Position numbers and translations under genes: made by a program
Shown here: piece by piece, positions 29,241 through 40,389 of the stretch
Layout of the letters: the number at the start of each line of letters is the position of its first letter
How positions within the stretch are numbered: position 1 is the first letter of the stretch
The notes under the pieces: generated by a model
Databases searched by the model: none
What the model saw: the letters and a program-made list of their open reading frames with translations, nothing else
Told to the model about the DNA's origin: nothing
Origin: Scyliorhinus canicula
Taxonomy: Eukaryota
NCBI RefSeq assembly: GCF_902713615.1
Contig: NC_052175.1
Span: 8,573,941 to 8,637,940, forward strand
Reading direction: 5' to 3'
Length of the DNA: 64,000 bases

Positions 29241-32200
29241 GAATGGAAGGCTTTTCCTTGATGAATCCTGGAGGAGACAGGTTATGCCGAACAACCCGAT
29301 GCCTTGTGGAAATAAACATAGAACCAAGGAGACTTCTATCAAGCAGCTAAATTCTCCCCGTGCATTGCGCTAAACACTGATTCCTTTGTTCAGTGCAGAG
29401 GACAAAATGTTAAGAATCATTTGTGATAATCCACTGTAACCATTTCAAGGTATGGCAGAATTCGAGAAAACTCCAGTCACGGTGAGATTTCTACGATAAT
29501 TGTATCGTTCCAGTTACATTTCATTTCCAATGTCGATATGTAAATATAAATAAATTAATCGACCATGAAACGATGTTGCAATACGCCCAATAATTGATAA
29601 AATGTCATCTGAGATTTCTGTTGAGTTGAAAATATCAGTTCAGGATTCAGGTGCGTTGCACGGGCTGAGATGTGAATTGGGGAAATTGATCAAACTAACA
29701 ATAGGCCCAGGTGACCATAGGCTGCTTCCCCTTTGAGTGGTGAATTGACCTAATGATCGCCACACCTCATGCGAGCGGCAAAGGTTCAGGAGGCGGGACC
29801 TTCATTAATATCCTCATCCCGTCCGTGAGTTTGACTTCGTGAACAAACTGTCGAGGCAGATGTTCTAAATAGGCCCTGACCAGTCTGGGACAGATGTGGG
29901 GAGTGATATATGAAATTTCCCATGATTCTATTTTTCCTTTAAACAGGATTGAAACCAACATGTCAGAGGTGGAATTTTAGAAAGAAGGGGTGGATTTGGA
30001 ACTGTGCCCTCGACAAGCGGTAGATTTCCTTGTTGAGTCAGGACCAGTTCTGAGCTGATTATTAGGAATTCAGTCTATCATGTTAGCGCCATGGCCTGAT
30101 TCCAACTCTATTAACTTTCGTCTTGTTCTGTCTAGATATTCCAATTAATATCACCATTCTGATTACTCCGCATGAGCAGATACAGCATGTTACACTGAGT
30201 CACAACAAAGCTATCTCCCGATACGAATAAACTCTTTCAATATCAATCTCCGAGAAATTTCCCAACCAATCTCTTGATGATTGAAATTAATGTGAAATTA
30301 ATTACAGCATTCTATTTGTTAATGCGTATTTTGATAGTGCGGCAGGAGAAGAGGGGACGAACGGGCAGTTGCTTGCTGGAATAGGCCTTGCGATATTGCG
30401 AATGATGTAGAGGAATAATAATTAAGGCCGTTAATTTCCCATGCAAAAGTGTACACTTGTATTTCGTAACACATCCAGTATAGCAGTAAAAACTCTTCAA
30501 AAGGGTAAATATTGCTTGTATGCCACCATTCATACTTTTGCGAATATTTCTCATGCATCCAGACGACACACGCATAAGGCATTTCACTAAATATCTATGC
30601 AAAACAGCAAGTTAAATTAACATCATGTTATTCGGTGCTTATGGTACTGGGAACAAAATACCTCTTGAGCCGATTGTTCCACGCAACAGTCATTATAAAG
30701 CATCGGCTCAAAGAGTGAGAGGGACTACCGGTGATGGTCTGAACTTTCCTCTGAGCTCCTTTGTGAAACAAATTATTGAGCTGCGTCTGCTGACTACCAA
30801 AGGTTTTACCTGAAGTGTTGACAATTCTGGAGAGAACACCTTGGTTGTTCACACTGAGGTAACCACGAGCAGAATGCCATGTTGCCCGTTAAAATACTGT
30901 CCACCAGATCTTTGCATACCTTTTCTGAAGCATAATGATTCATTTCAAAAACTTTTAGTTTCTAATTAAAAACAAACACTGACGAACCCTTTTAAAATAT
31001 GCCTCCGGTGTTCTCTCTGTGAAGCTCAGCTTTTGGGCTACATGCGTTCCCAGACACTTGAAACACTTCAAACTGTCGGTTGATCATTGAGATACACATT
31101 GCAACACGTATGTGGGCCATTGATATACAAAAGTAGTGCTTTGGATTTATTATACAAATCTGAAGAGCATTCAATTGGCGCGATTTCTGAAGAGTGGCCA
31201 CACGTTCAAAGTACAGTCGAGAGAGAAAGTGGGAAATGGAAAATGCTGTTCAATTTCATCATTGGAAAGTCAATGTATCATAGCAGAAGCATAGAAAAGT
31301 CACGGTACCGAAGGAAGCCATTTGGCCATCTTGTCTATGCCAGCGCGAGGACAATCAGATTCCATTCCTCATCCCACTATCTCCCGCCAGTCACGTGTAT
31401 TATAAATACAGATAGAGTTGACAATTCATAAACATAAAGATAGAAAGAATAAGATGGATGAGATATCTTGGCAGATAATTATACGTGTCCACAGGGACTC
31501 TGTGGACCCTAAAGAGATGACACAAAAGTAATTCAATAAACGAGTGGTTTGACCCTCCCAATCCCGCCCTGTAAACATTCCAGTAGATAGTTAAGGAATT
31601 GTATTCCAAACTCCTCACCAAACATAGGAACAATCCAGGCAATTGAAGTCTTTGGTGTAATGATCAGGGAGGTGATTGCACAGCTTCTTGGGATGGGGAG
31701 TTACTGTTCGATCACAGTTGTACCTCGAGTCCTGATTATTAAAGATAGGAACCGCAGGTTTACCCCGTGCAGAGCAAATTGGAGCCATTGCACCGACCAA
31801 GGGCATCCCACAGAGCTCCCTCCTTTCATAAATAAATGATAGAATCACTGTCCTGGACAACCGCAATGAGCAGGGAGCAGGGAGCAGATTTATACATATC
31901 AAGCCGTTTATTCTGTCATGAAACTACTTCAGGTGCTGCCGTTCATTCAATCAGATCGGACATGTTGCCAAACAGGCCTTGTGACTGTGCACCTTTAAGG
32001 TAGTTCAAAGTCAGAGAGTCTAAATTGACGGGGTCTGGGACAAAACTACCTGAGACACAATAACTGTGAGACAAAACCAGCGGTTCTGTTGTCGCAGGGC
32101 AAGAGACGATATTCCCAATGAAGGATGGGGTGCAAGAGTAAACTATAAAAAATCCCGTTCCCTCATTCATGAATCCAATTTGATTCAAATGCTATGTCGG

Positions 32201-32599
32201 GAACGCTGCAGCTAAATTTCGGCAGAACAAGAGCTCTGAATCAACAATGTGGCAATGGCCAAGGTCATGTGATTTTTAATTATCTGTGTTCAGGGCCAGT
32301 GATTGATCCTGTTACACGGGGGCGAACACCTTCCTCCCCAACGCTCACACCACTGACACACGCACACATAAACACACAGACACACACCGCTCTTCCGCTC
32401 AAAGAGAACATGTATTTCTGTACAGCCCAGAAGTGCATGACAAGGCTTTTCGATTTAATATCTCATACCAATATTAAGGAATAATGGTAAGGGAGTAATT
32501 TCCTACACGTTCGACGATATAAATTGCCTATCCCCTGCAATTGGACAGTTCTGAATGAGGATTGAAGAGCTCTGATCTGGGAAAGAGCTGCAGCAGCGC

Positions 32600-33153
32600 A
32601 CTGTTTATTCCCAACGTGCATTAGACCTGACAAAACGCATGACCTCACATTTGTCCGGACTAAATTCCATCAGCTATCTCTTCGCCCGTCTCCAAACGAT
32701 CTCAATCCTGCTGTATCCTCTGACGATCCTCATGGTTATCCGCAATTCCACCAACCTTTGTGTTGTCTGCAAACTTACTAATCAGACTAGTTACATTTTC
32801 CATCGAATCATTTATATATATATGTACTACGAACAGCAAAGGTCCCTTCAATGATTCATGCGGAACACCACTAGTCACAGCCGTCCAATTAGAAAAGCAC
32901 CCCTCCATTGGTAGCAATGGAGGGGTGCTTTTCTAATTGGAGGGCTGTGACTAGTGGTGTTCCGCAGGGATCATTGATGGGGACCTTTGCTGTTCAAAGT
33001 ACATATCTATATATAAATGTTGTGTCCTTATGACACAACTAGTTCTGTATCCATCTTGCTAGCTCACCTCTGATCCCATCTGACCTCACTTTTTGTACGA
33101 GTCTGCTATGAGGGGCCTTGTTAAAGGCCTTAATGAAGTCCATATAGACAACA
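32600..33153 (-). mobile_element. Old CR1 RT fragment (continues 37492-37730), containing a fold-back duplication
   Basis: Minus ORF with TSGVP..S..GPLLF, SKFADNTKVGG; sequence resumes after the younger CR1 with AACA duplicated (33150-33153, 37492-37495). Confidence 0.75.
32811..33014. repeat. Inverted repeat, ~100-bp arms with a 4-nt loop (GTAG, 32911-32914)
   Basis: ...GCACCCCTCCATTG gtag CAATGGAGGGGTGC... pairing extends outward to the TATATA tracts with few mismatches. Confidence 0.9.
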
Positions 33154-36100
33154 GAGCAGAGCTACTGATCAGCTGTTCTGGGGAAATTTGCATACGTGCA
33201 GTGCGGTCAGCCTTTTTTGAAGGTGAACCTGCGAAGGAGACCCAAGGAGTTTGAGTGAAGGCAAGCATCCAGCAGAGGGCAGCAGAGCAGAGCTACTGAT
33301 CAGCTGTTCTGGGGACATTTGCATACGTGCAGTGCGGTCAGCCTAATTTGAAGGTGGTTTGTGGAGGGGCTGTTGTCAAGTGACAGTTAAACCCGAAACA
33401 CTTCGTCAGTGTTTCCCACCCTACCTCCTCCTCTAACCAAAAAAAAAAAACCACGGTTGTTGGGAAGCGGGAGCAGGGGCCTGTCGTGAAGCTGAGTGAG
33501 TGCCTTTAAATTTGCTTACCTTTCAGCGGCAGCAGGGTTTGAGGGAGTATCAGGTAAGCTCTTCATTTCTTTTTCATTTTCTTGTTTTTTTTAAAATCTA
33601 GAGGTGATGTCAGGGAAGGCAGTACAATGCTCCTCCTGCAGAATGTTTGAGGTGAGGGACGACGTCAGTGTCCCTGCTGATTTCATCTGTGGGAAGTGCA
33701 CCCAACTCCAGCTCCTCAAAAACCGTGTTAGGGACCTGGAGCTTGAGCTGGATGAACTTCGGATCATTCGGGAGGCAGAGGGGGTCATAGATACGAGCTT
33801 CAGGGAAGTAGTTACACCAAAGACTGGAGATAGATGGGTAACTGTAAAAAGGACTGGGAAGAAGCAGTCAGTGCAGGGTCGTTCCCCTGAATAACAAGTA
33901 TACCGTTTTGGATACTTGTGGGGGGACGACTTACCAGGGGTAAGCCATGGGGTACGGGCCTCTGGCACGGAGTCTGTCCCTGTTGCTCAGAAGGGAAGGG
34001 GGAAAGGAGTAGAACATTAGTAATTGGGGACTCAATAGTCAGGGGCACAGAGAGGAGATTTTGTGGGAGCGAGAGAGACTCACGTTTGGTATGTTGCCTC
34101 CCAGGTGCAAGGGTAAGTGATGTCTCGGATCGTGTTTTCCGGGTCCTTAAGGGGGAGGGGGAGCAGCCCCAAGTCGTAGTCCACACTGGCACTAACGACA
34201 TAGGTAGGAAAGGGGACAAGGATGTCAGGCAGGATGGAAGCTCAGAGTGGGAACTAACAGAGTTGTTATCTCTCGGTTGTTGCCCGTGCCACGTGACAGT
34301 GAGATGAGGAATAGGGAGAGAGCAATTAAACACGTGGCTACAGGGATGGTGCAGGCGGGAGGGATTCAGATTTCTGGATAACTGGGGCTCTTTCTGGGGA
34401 AGGTGGGACCTCTACAGACAGGATGGTCTACATCTGAACCGGAGGGGCACCAATATCCTGGGGGGGAGATTTGTTAGTGCTCTTGGGGGGGGGGGGGGGG
34501 GTTAAACTAATTCAGCAGGGGCATGGGAACCTGGATTGTAGTTTTGGGGTACGGGAGATTGAGAGTATAGAGGTCAGGAGCACAGATTTGACTTCGCAGG
34601 AGGGTGCCTGTGTTCAGGTAGGTGGTTTGAAGTGTGTCTACTTCAATGCCAGGAGTATACGAAATAAGGAAGGGGAACTGGCAGCATGGGTTGGTACCTG
34701 GGAATTCGATGTTGTGGCCATTTCAGAGACATGGATAGAGCAGGGACAGGAATGGTTGTTGTAGGTTCCGGGGTTTAGGTGTTTTAGTAAGCTCAGAAAA
34801 GGGGGCAAAAGAGGGGGAGGTGTGGCGCTGCTAGTCAAGGACAGTATTACGGTGACGGAAAGCATGCTAGATGGGGACTCTTCTTCCGAGGTAGCATGGG
34901 CTGAGGTTAGAAACAGGAAAGGAGAGGTCACCCTGTTGGGAGTTTTCTATAGGCCACCTAATAGTTCTAGGAATGTAGAGGAAAGGATGGCGAAGATGAT
35001 TCTGGAAAAGAGCGAAAGTAACAGGGTAGTTGTTACGGGAGACTTTAACTTTCCAAATATTGACTGGAAAATATATAGTTCGAGTACATTAGATGGGTCG
35101 TTCTTTGTACAATGTGTGCAGGAGGGTTTCCTGACACAATATGTTAACAGGCCAACAAGAGGCGAGGCCACATTGGATTTGGTTTTGGGTAATTAACCAG
35201 GCCAGGTGTTAGATCTGGAGGTAGGTGAGCACTTTGGAAACAGTGACCACAATTCGGTGACCTTTACGTTAGTGATGGAAAGGGATAGGTATACCCGGCA
35301 GGGCAAGAGTTATAGCTGGGGGAAGGGCAATTATGATGCCATTAGACATGACTTAGGATGTGTAGGTTGGAGAAGTAGGCTGCAAGGGTTGGGCACACTG
35401 GATATGTGGAGCTTGTTCAAGGAACAGCTATTGCATGTTCTTGATAAGTACGTACCAGTCAGGCAGGGAGGAGGAGGCCAAGCGAGGGAACCGTGGCTTA
35501 CCAAAGAAGTGGAATATCTTGTTAAGAGGAAGAAGGAGGCCTATGTGAAGATGAGGCGTGAAGTTTCAGTTGGGGCGCTTGATAGTTACAAGGAAGCGAG
35601 GAAGGATCTAAAGAGAGAGCTAAGACGAGCAAGGAGGGGACATGAGAAGTCTTTGGCAGGTAGGATCAAGGAAAACCCAAAAGCTTTCTATTGGTATGTC
35701 AGGAATAAAAGAATGACGAGGGTAAGAGTAGGGCCAGTTAAGGACAGTGGTGGGAAGTTGTCTGTGGAGGCTGATGAGATAACCGAGATACGAAATGAAT
35801 ACTTTTCGTCAGTATTCACTCAGGAAAAAGATAATATTGTGGTGGAGAATGCTGAGACCCAGGCTATTAGAATAAATGGCATTGAAGTGCGTAGGGAAAA
35901 AGTGTTGGCAATTCTGGACAAGGTGAAAATAGATAAGTCCCCGGGGCCTGATGGGATTTATCCTAGGATTCTCTGGGAAGCCAGAGAAGAGATTGCTGAG
36001 CCTTTGGCTTTGATTTTTAGGTCATCATTGGCTGCAGGAATAGTGGCAGAGGACTGGAGGATAGCAAATGTGGTCCCTTTGATCAAGAAGGGGAGTAGAG

Positions 36101-37491
36101 ATAACCCCGGTAACTATAGGCCGGTGAGCCTAACGTCTGTGGTGGGTAAAGTCTTGGAGAGGATTATAAAAGATACGATTTATAATCATCTAGATAGGAA
36201 TAATATGATTAGGGATAGTCAGCATGGTTTTGTGAAGGGTAGGTCATGCCTCACAAACCTTATCGAGTTCTTTGAGAAGGTGACTGAACAGGTAGACGAG
36301 GGTCGAGCAGTTGATGTGGTGTATATGGATTTCAGTAAAGCGTTTGATAAGTTTCCCCATGGTCGGCTACTGCAGAAAATACGGAGGCTGGGGATTGAGG
36401 GTGATTTACAGATGTGGATCAGAAATTGGCTAGTTGAAATAAGACAGAGAGTGGTAGTTGATGGGAAATGCTCAGAATGGAGTTCAGGTACGAGTGGCGT
36501 ACCACAAGGATCTGTTCTGGGGCCGTTGCTGTTTGTCATTTTTATAAATGACCTGGAGGAGGGCGCAGAAGGATGGGTGAGTAAATTTGCAGACGACACT
36601 AAAGTCGGTGGAGTTGTAGACAGTGCGGAAGGATGTTTTCAGGTTCCAGAGGGACATAGATAAGCTGTAGAGCTGGGCTGAGAGGTGGCAAATGGAGTTT
36701 AATGTGGAGAAGTGTGAGGTGATTCACTTTGGAAAGAATAACAGGAATGCGGAATATTTGGCTAATGGTAAAATTCTTGGTAGTGTGGATGAGCAGAGGG
36801 ATCTCGGTGTCCATGTACATAGATCCCTGAAAGTTGCCACCCAGGTTGATAGGGTTGTGAAGACGGCATATGGTGTGTTGGCCTTTATTGGTAGAGGGAT
36901 TGAGTTCCGGAGCCATGAGGTCATGTTGCGGTTGTACAAAACTCTAGTACGGCCGCATTTGGAGTATTGCGCACAGTTCTGGTCGCCTCATTATAGGAAG
37001 GACGTGGACGCTTTGGAACGGGTGCAGAGGAGATTTACCAGGATGTTGCCTGGTATGGAGGGACAATCATATGAGGAAAGGCTGATGCACTTGAGGTTGT
37101 TTTCGTTAGAGAGAAGAAGGTTAAGAGGTGAGTTAATAGAGGCATACAAAATGATCAGAGGGTTAGATAGGGTGGACAGCGAGAGCCTTCTCCCGCGGAT
37201 GGAGGTGGCAAGCACGAGGGGACATAGCCTTAAATTGAGGGGTAATAGATATAGGTCAGGTGTCAGAGGTGGGTTTTCTACGCAAAGAGTGGTGAGGCCG
37301 TGGAATGCCCTACCTGCAACAGTAGTGAACTCGCCTACATTGAGGGCATTTGAAAGTTTATTGGATAAGCGTATGGATGATAAGGGCATAGTGTAGGTTA
37401 GATGGCCTTTAGTTTTTTTCCATGTCGGTGCAACATCGAGGGCCGAAGGGCCTGTTCTGCGCTGTGTCGTTCTATGTTCTATGTTCTATGT
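33154..37491 (+). mobile_element. Full-length but inactivated CR1 LINE (5' UTR, ORF1 zinc finger + SGNH esterase, ORF2 APE + RT)
   Basis: ORF1 CSSC..CGKC, GDSIVRG, GTND; ORF2 [30 protein letters not shown]; premature stops at ~34762 and ~35194 and a frameshift near 36640; (TTCTATG)n tail. Confidence 0.95.
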
Positions 37492-38664
37492 AACATGCAC
37501 TGCCCTACTGCATCAGGTACATCTTTGTGACATCGTCGAAAAACTCTTATCAACTGAGTGAGACACGACGTGCCCTTCAGAAAACCGTGCTGCCTGTCGC
37601 TAATACGTCCATTTGCTTCCAAACAGGAGGAGATCATGTCTCGAAGAATTATCTCCAGTAATTTCCCTACCACAGACGTAAAGCTCACCGGCCTGTAGTA
37701 AAGCTCACCGGCGCTGGATTATCCTTGCTATCCTTCACTCAGTATTTTGAAATAATACATGGCTTCCTCTGCCTCACACGCGTATCTGGTCCTATAAAAC
37801 GTTCTGATCACTCCTTAGATTCATTTGTGACATCTTCAAATGAAAGCGCCATGCATCACCTATCAGCTAGACAGCTTGTCCCAGGAATTCCCTAACGCAC
37901 CACAAACGTTTTGGCTTCGTTATTACGATTTTTATTCTTCCAGTTCACTTTTGATATTGATTTTGTCAACTGGTTCCTCCCTCCTTTCAGTCAATGGATG
38001 GTGGAATAGGTTTCAAATTATTTCCAGAGAGAATGAATTTATGAGCAGAAAAGAGTGACACACTGAGATTGGTGGGAAAATGCGCGTGCGTTGAGATACT
38101 ACTTTTGCTCATTTCCATCCGATTGCAGTGTCAGTTCCAGAAATTTATTTTATGAAATTCCAGATAACTGCACAAATACAGCTTACCGTTAATTTTACTT
38201 GGTGATATCAGCAGTCGTATTTAGCATGAAGACCGGGTTTGGAACGCTCCCTGGAATTGGATTTTTCCAAATTATTCGAGTTTAACATGGATGTATCATT
38301 ATTATTACGTGAAGGGGCATGGTTAAGATGGCCGCTAATTACATATAGAAGCAGTGGCGTCATTAAAAGAAATATCAAATGCTAAAGAAAGTTATACTGC
38401 ATTTAAAAAGCCGACTGAGCCACTTTGGCGGAGTATGTCCAATTCTGAGCCTTGCATTTCAGGAAGCATGTCGAGGCGTTGACAGTATTCAGAGGAGATG
38501 CAACACAGCGGGTCCAGGGATCTGGGACTTCAGATAATTTGGTGTCACTACAGAAGCTAGTGTGTTTACCCACGAAACAGAGACGTTTAAGGGTCAGATT
38601 TATTCCAGATGTTCAAAATCAGGATGTTGTTCCGATTGAGTATTTCTTGGACGGCCAGTCCACA

Positions 38665-39003
38665 GGGGCCTCACGGTAGCATGGTGGTTAGCATCAATGC
38701 TTCACAGCTCCAGGGTCCCAGGTTCGATTCCCGCCTGGGTCACTGTCTGTGTGGAGTCTGCACGTTCTCCCCGCGTGTGCGTGGGTTTCCTCCGGGTGCT
38801 CCGGTTTCCTCCCACAGTCCAGAGATGTGCGGGTTAGGTGGATTGGCCATGCTAAATTGCCCGTAGTGTAAGGTTAATGGGGGGATTGTTGGGTTACGGG
38901 TGTACGGGTTGCGTGGGTTTAAGTGGGGTGATCATTGCTCGGCACAACACCGAGGGCCGAAGGGCCTGTTCTGTGCTGTACTGTTCTATGTTCTATGTTC
39001 TAT
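38665..39003 (+). mobile_element. V-SINE (long form, (TTCTATG)n tail)
   Basis: Complete head, V core and tail GAGGGCCGAAGGGCCTGTTCTGTGCTGTACTGTTCTATG, shared with the 3' end of the CR1 at 37430-37491. Confidence 0.92.
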
Positions 39004-39009
39004 AACGTG

Positions 39010-39195
39010 CATATCTAAGGGACAATTAATCATGGCCAATCCATCTTCCAGACACATTTTTGGACTGTGGGAGGGAATCAGAGCACCCGGAGGAAACCCA
39101 CGCAGAAACGGAGAGAAAGAACAAACTCCACAGAGTCACCCGGGTCCATGCAGTTGTGAAGCAGCAGTGATAGCCACTGTGTTACCGTGCAGCCC
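39010..39195 (-). mobile_element. Degenerate V-SINE fragment
   Basis: gggcaattaatcatggccaatcc...ggagcacccggaggaaacccacgc pattern on plus. Confidence 0.7.
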
Positions 39196-39616
39196 TCTTA
39201 ATGGATAAATATGCTGCACTTGTAGCCAAATGTGTGAAGAGGAGTGCAATCATTTGTTCATTTCTGCCAAAGAGCCGACACTGGTATGAAAGACCAAATT
39301 AATTTCTCCAGTCACGTATCATTCTGTGAGTCGGTTTTTAATAAGATGTTGGTATGATGGCTGAATCGCACAGAGAGATAGACTCTGAATAAGAAAAGGT
39401 CTAGAGAGTTGATCTTAATGTATAGTCATTGTTCCATTTCTTCTATCCAATGTGTTCACTCGCCTCTATCAGTCCCACTGGCTGATCGTTTATTTTTAAA
39501 TTTTACAACGGAATTTGATGCTCCCGCTCTTTTCCTGGGTCATGATTCCCATGAACGGTTCCTGGGTGGAAAACAAATTGACCGAGCAGCTCTTTCTAAT
39601 TGTTTTGTCTCTGCAG

Positions 39617-39718
39617 GATGGTGCATTCAAATGATTAATGTAGTGAGAATGGTGGCGGCGATCCCAGTTGTCCTCTTGATCCCCATTTTCATTTGGATAC
39701 ATCACAGCGGCAGATCAG
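39617..39718 (+). CDS. Paralog B TM exon (stalk Cys, Arg-containing TM)
   Basis: Same acceptor and donor context and same 102-nt length as the gene A TM exon; (G)WCIQMINVVRMVAAIPVVLLIPIFIWIHHSGRS. Confidence 0.75.
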
Positions 39719-39817
39719 GTGAGGGTTAATGTTGATCAAAGACATGTTCATAACGTTTTGTGTAATGTGATTCCCTTCTCGACGTTTCAAATAGCTAATT
39801 ACAGGTTCTTCTTTCAG

Positions 39818-39848
39818 AAGAATGCACCAGGAGATCGCAAAATGAAGA
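39818..39848 (+). CDS. Paralog B cytoplasmic exon 1 (ECTRRSQNE)
   Basis: TTCTTCTTTCAG acceptor, 31 nt, GA|GTAAGTAAC donor; homologous to 27173-27203. Confidence 0.7.
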
Positions 39849-40389
39849 GTAAGTAACAGGCCATTAGCAAAATTTATCACGAACATTCCTTTTGCATTGA
39901 GGCGCTGTGGAAAACCTTGGCAAACCCCATACTAATTCCAATTGTACACTTTAGCATTTTCCTTGATCTTTTGAGATTGATTAGAAGATTATTCGAAAAT
40001 CTCTTCCTCAGCTATTTCATACAAATGAGCCTGGATTTAAAAGACATAACAGCTGTTTCATATATTCTCCTCATGAAATTTTGCATAAAATATTCAAAGC
40101 AAAGGGTCGAGTGTAATGAACAACATAATAGTAATTTGAACAGAAATGTTGCCGCATTTTAAACATATCATGTGGCAAATTGAAATGGTTCTTTAGTGAA
40201 TTTCCAATGCTCAAAATGTTTTATGACTAGACACCTGCCTGTTGGTCAGAAACAAAACTTCAACTATTATTTATTGGTTCAGATTTCTGAAATGTGTAGA
40301 TTTGAATTCATGAAGGCACAGGTGTTCGCAAATCTGTTCTTCGACGAAAAATAAACTCATGATCTAATTTTGGGCGTAAAGGACGTCAC

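Noticed and set aside
31975-32090. J-like GSGTKL (32031-32048) preceded by C-A, and a nearby CACAATA...ACAAAACC RSS-like string
   Set aside because: In-frame stop between the Cys and the motif, no V framework upstream, no splice donor after it, and the heptamer-nonamer spacing is 7-8 nt, not 12 or 23.
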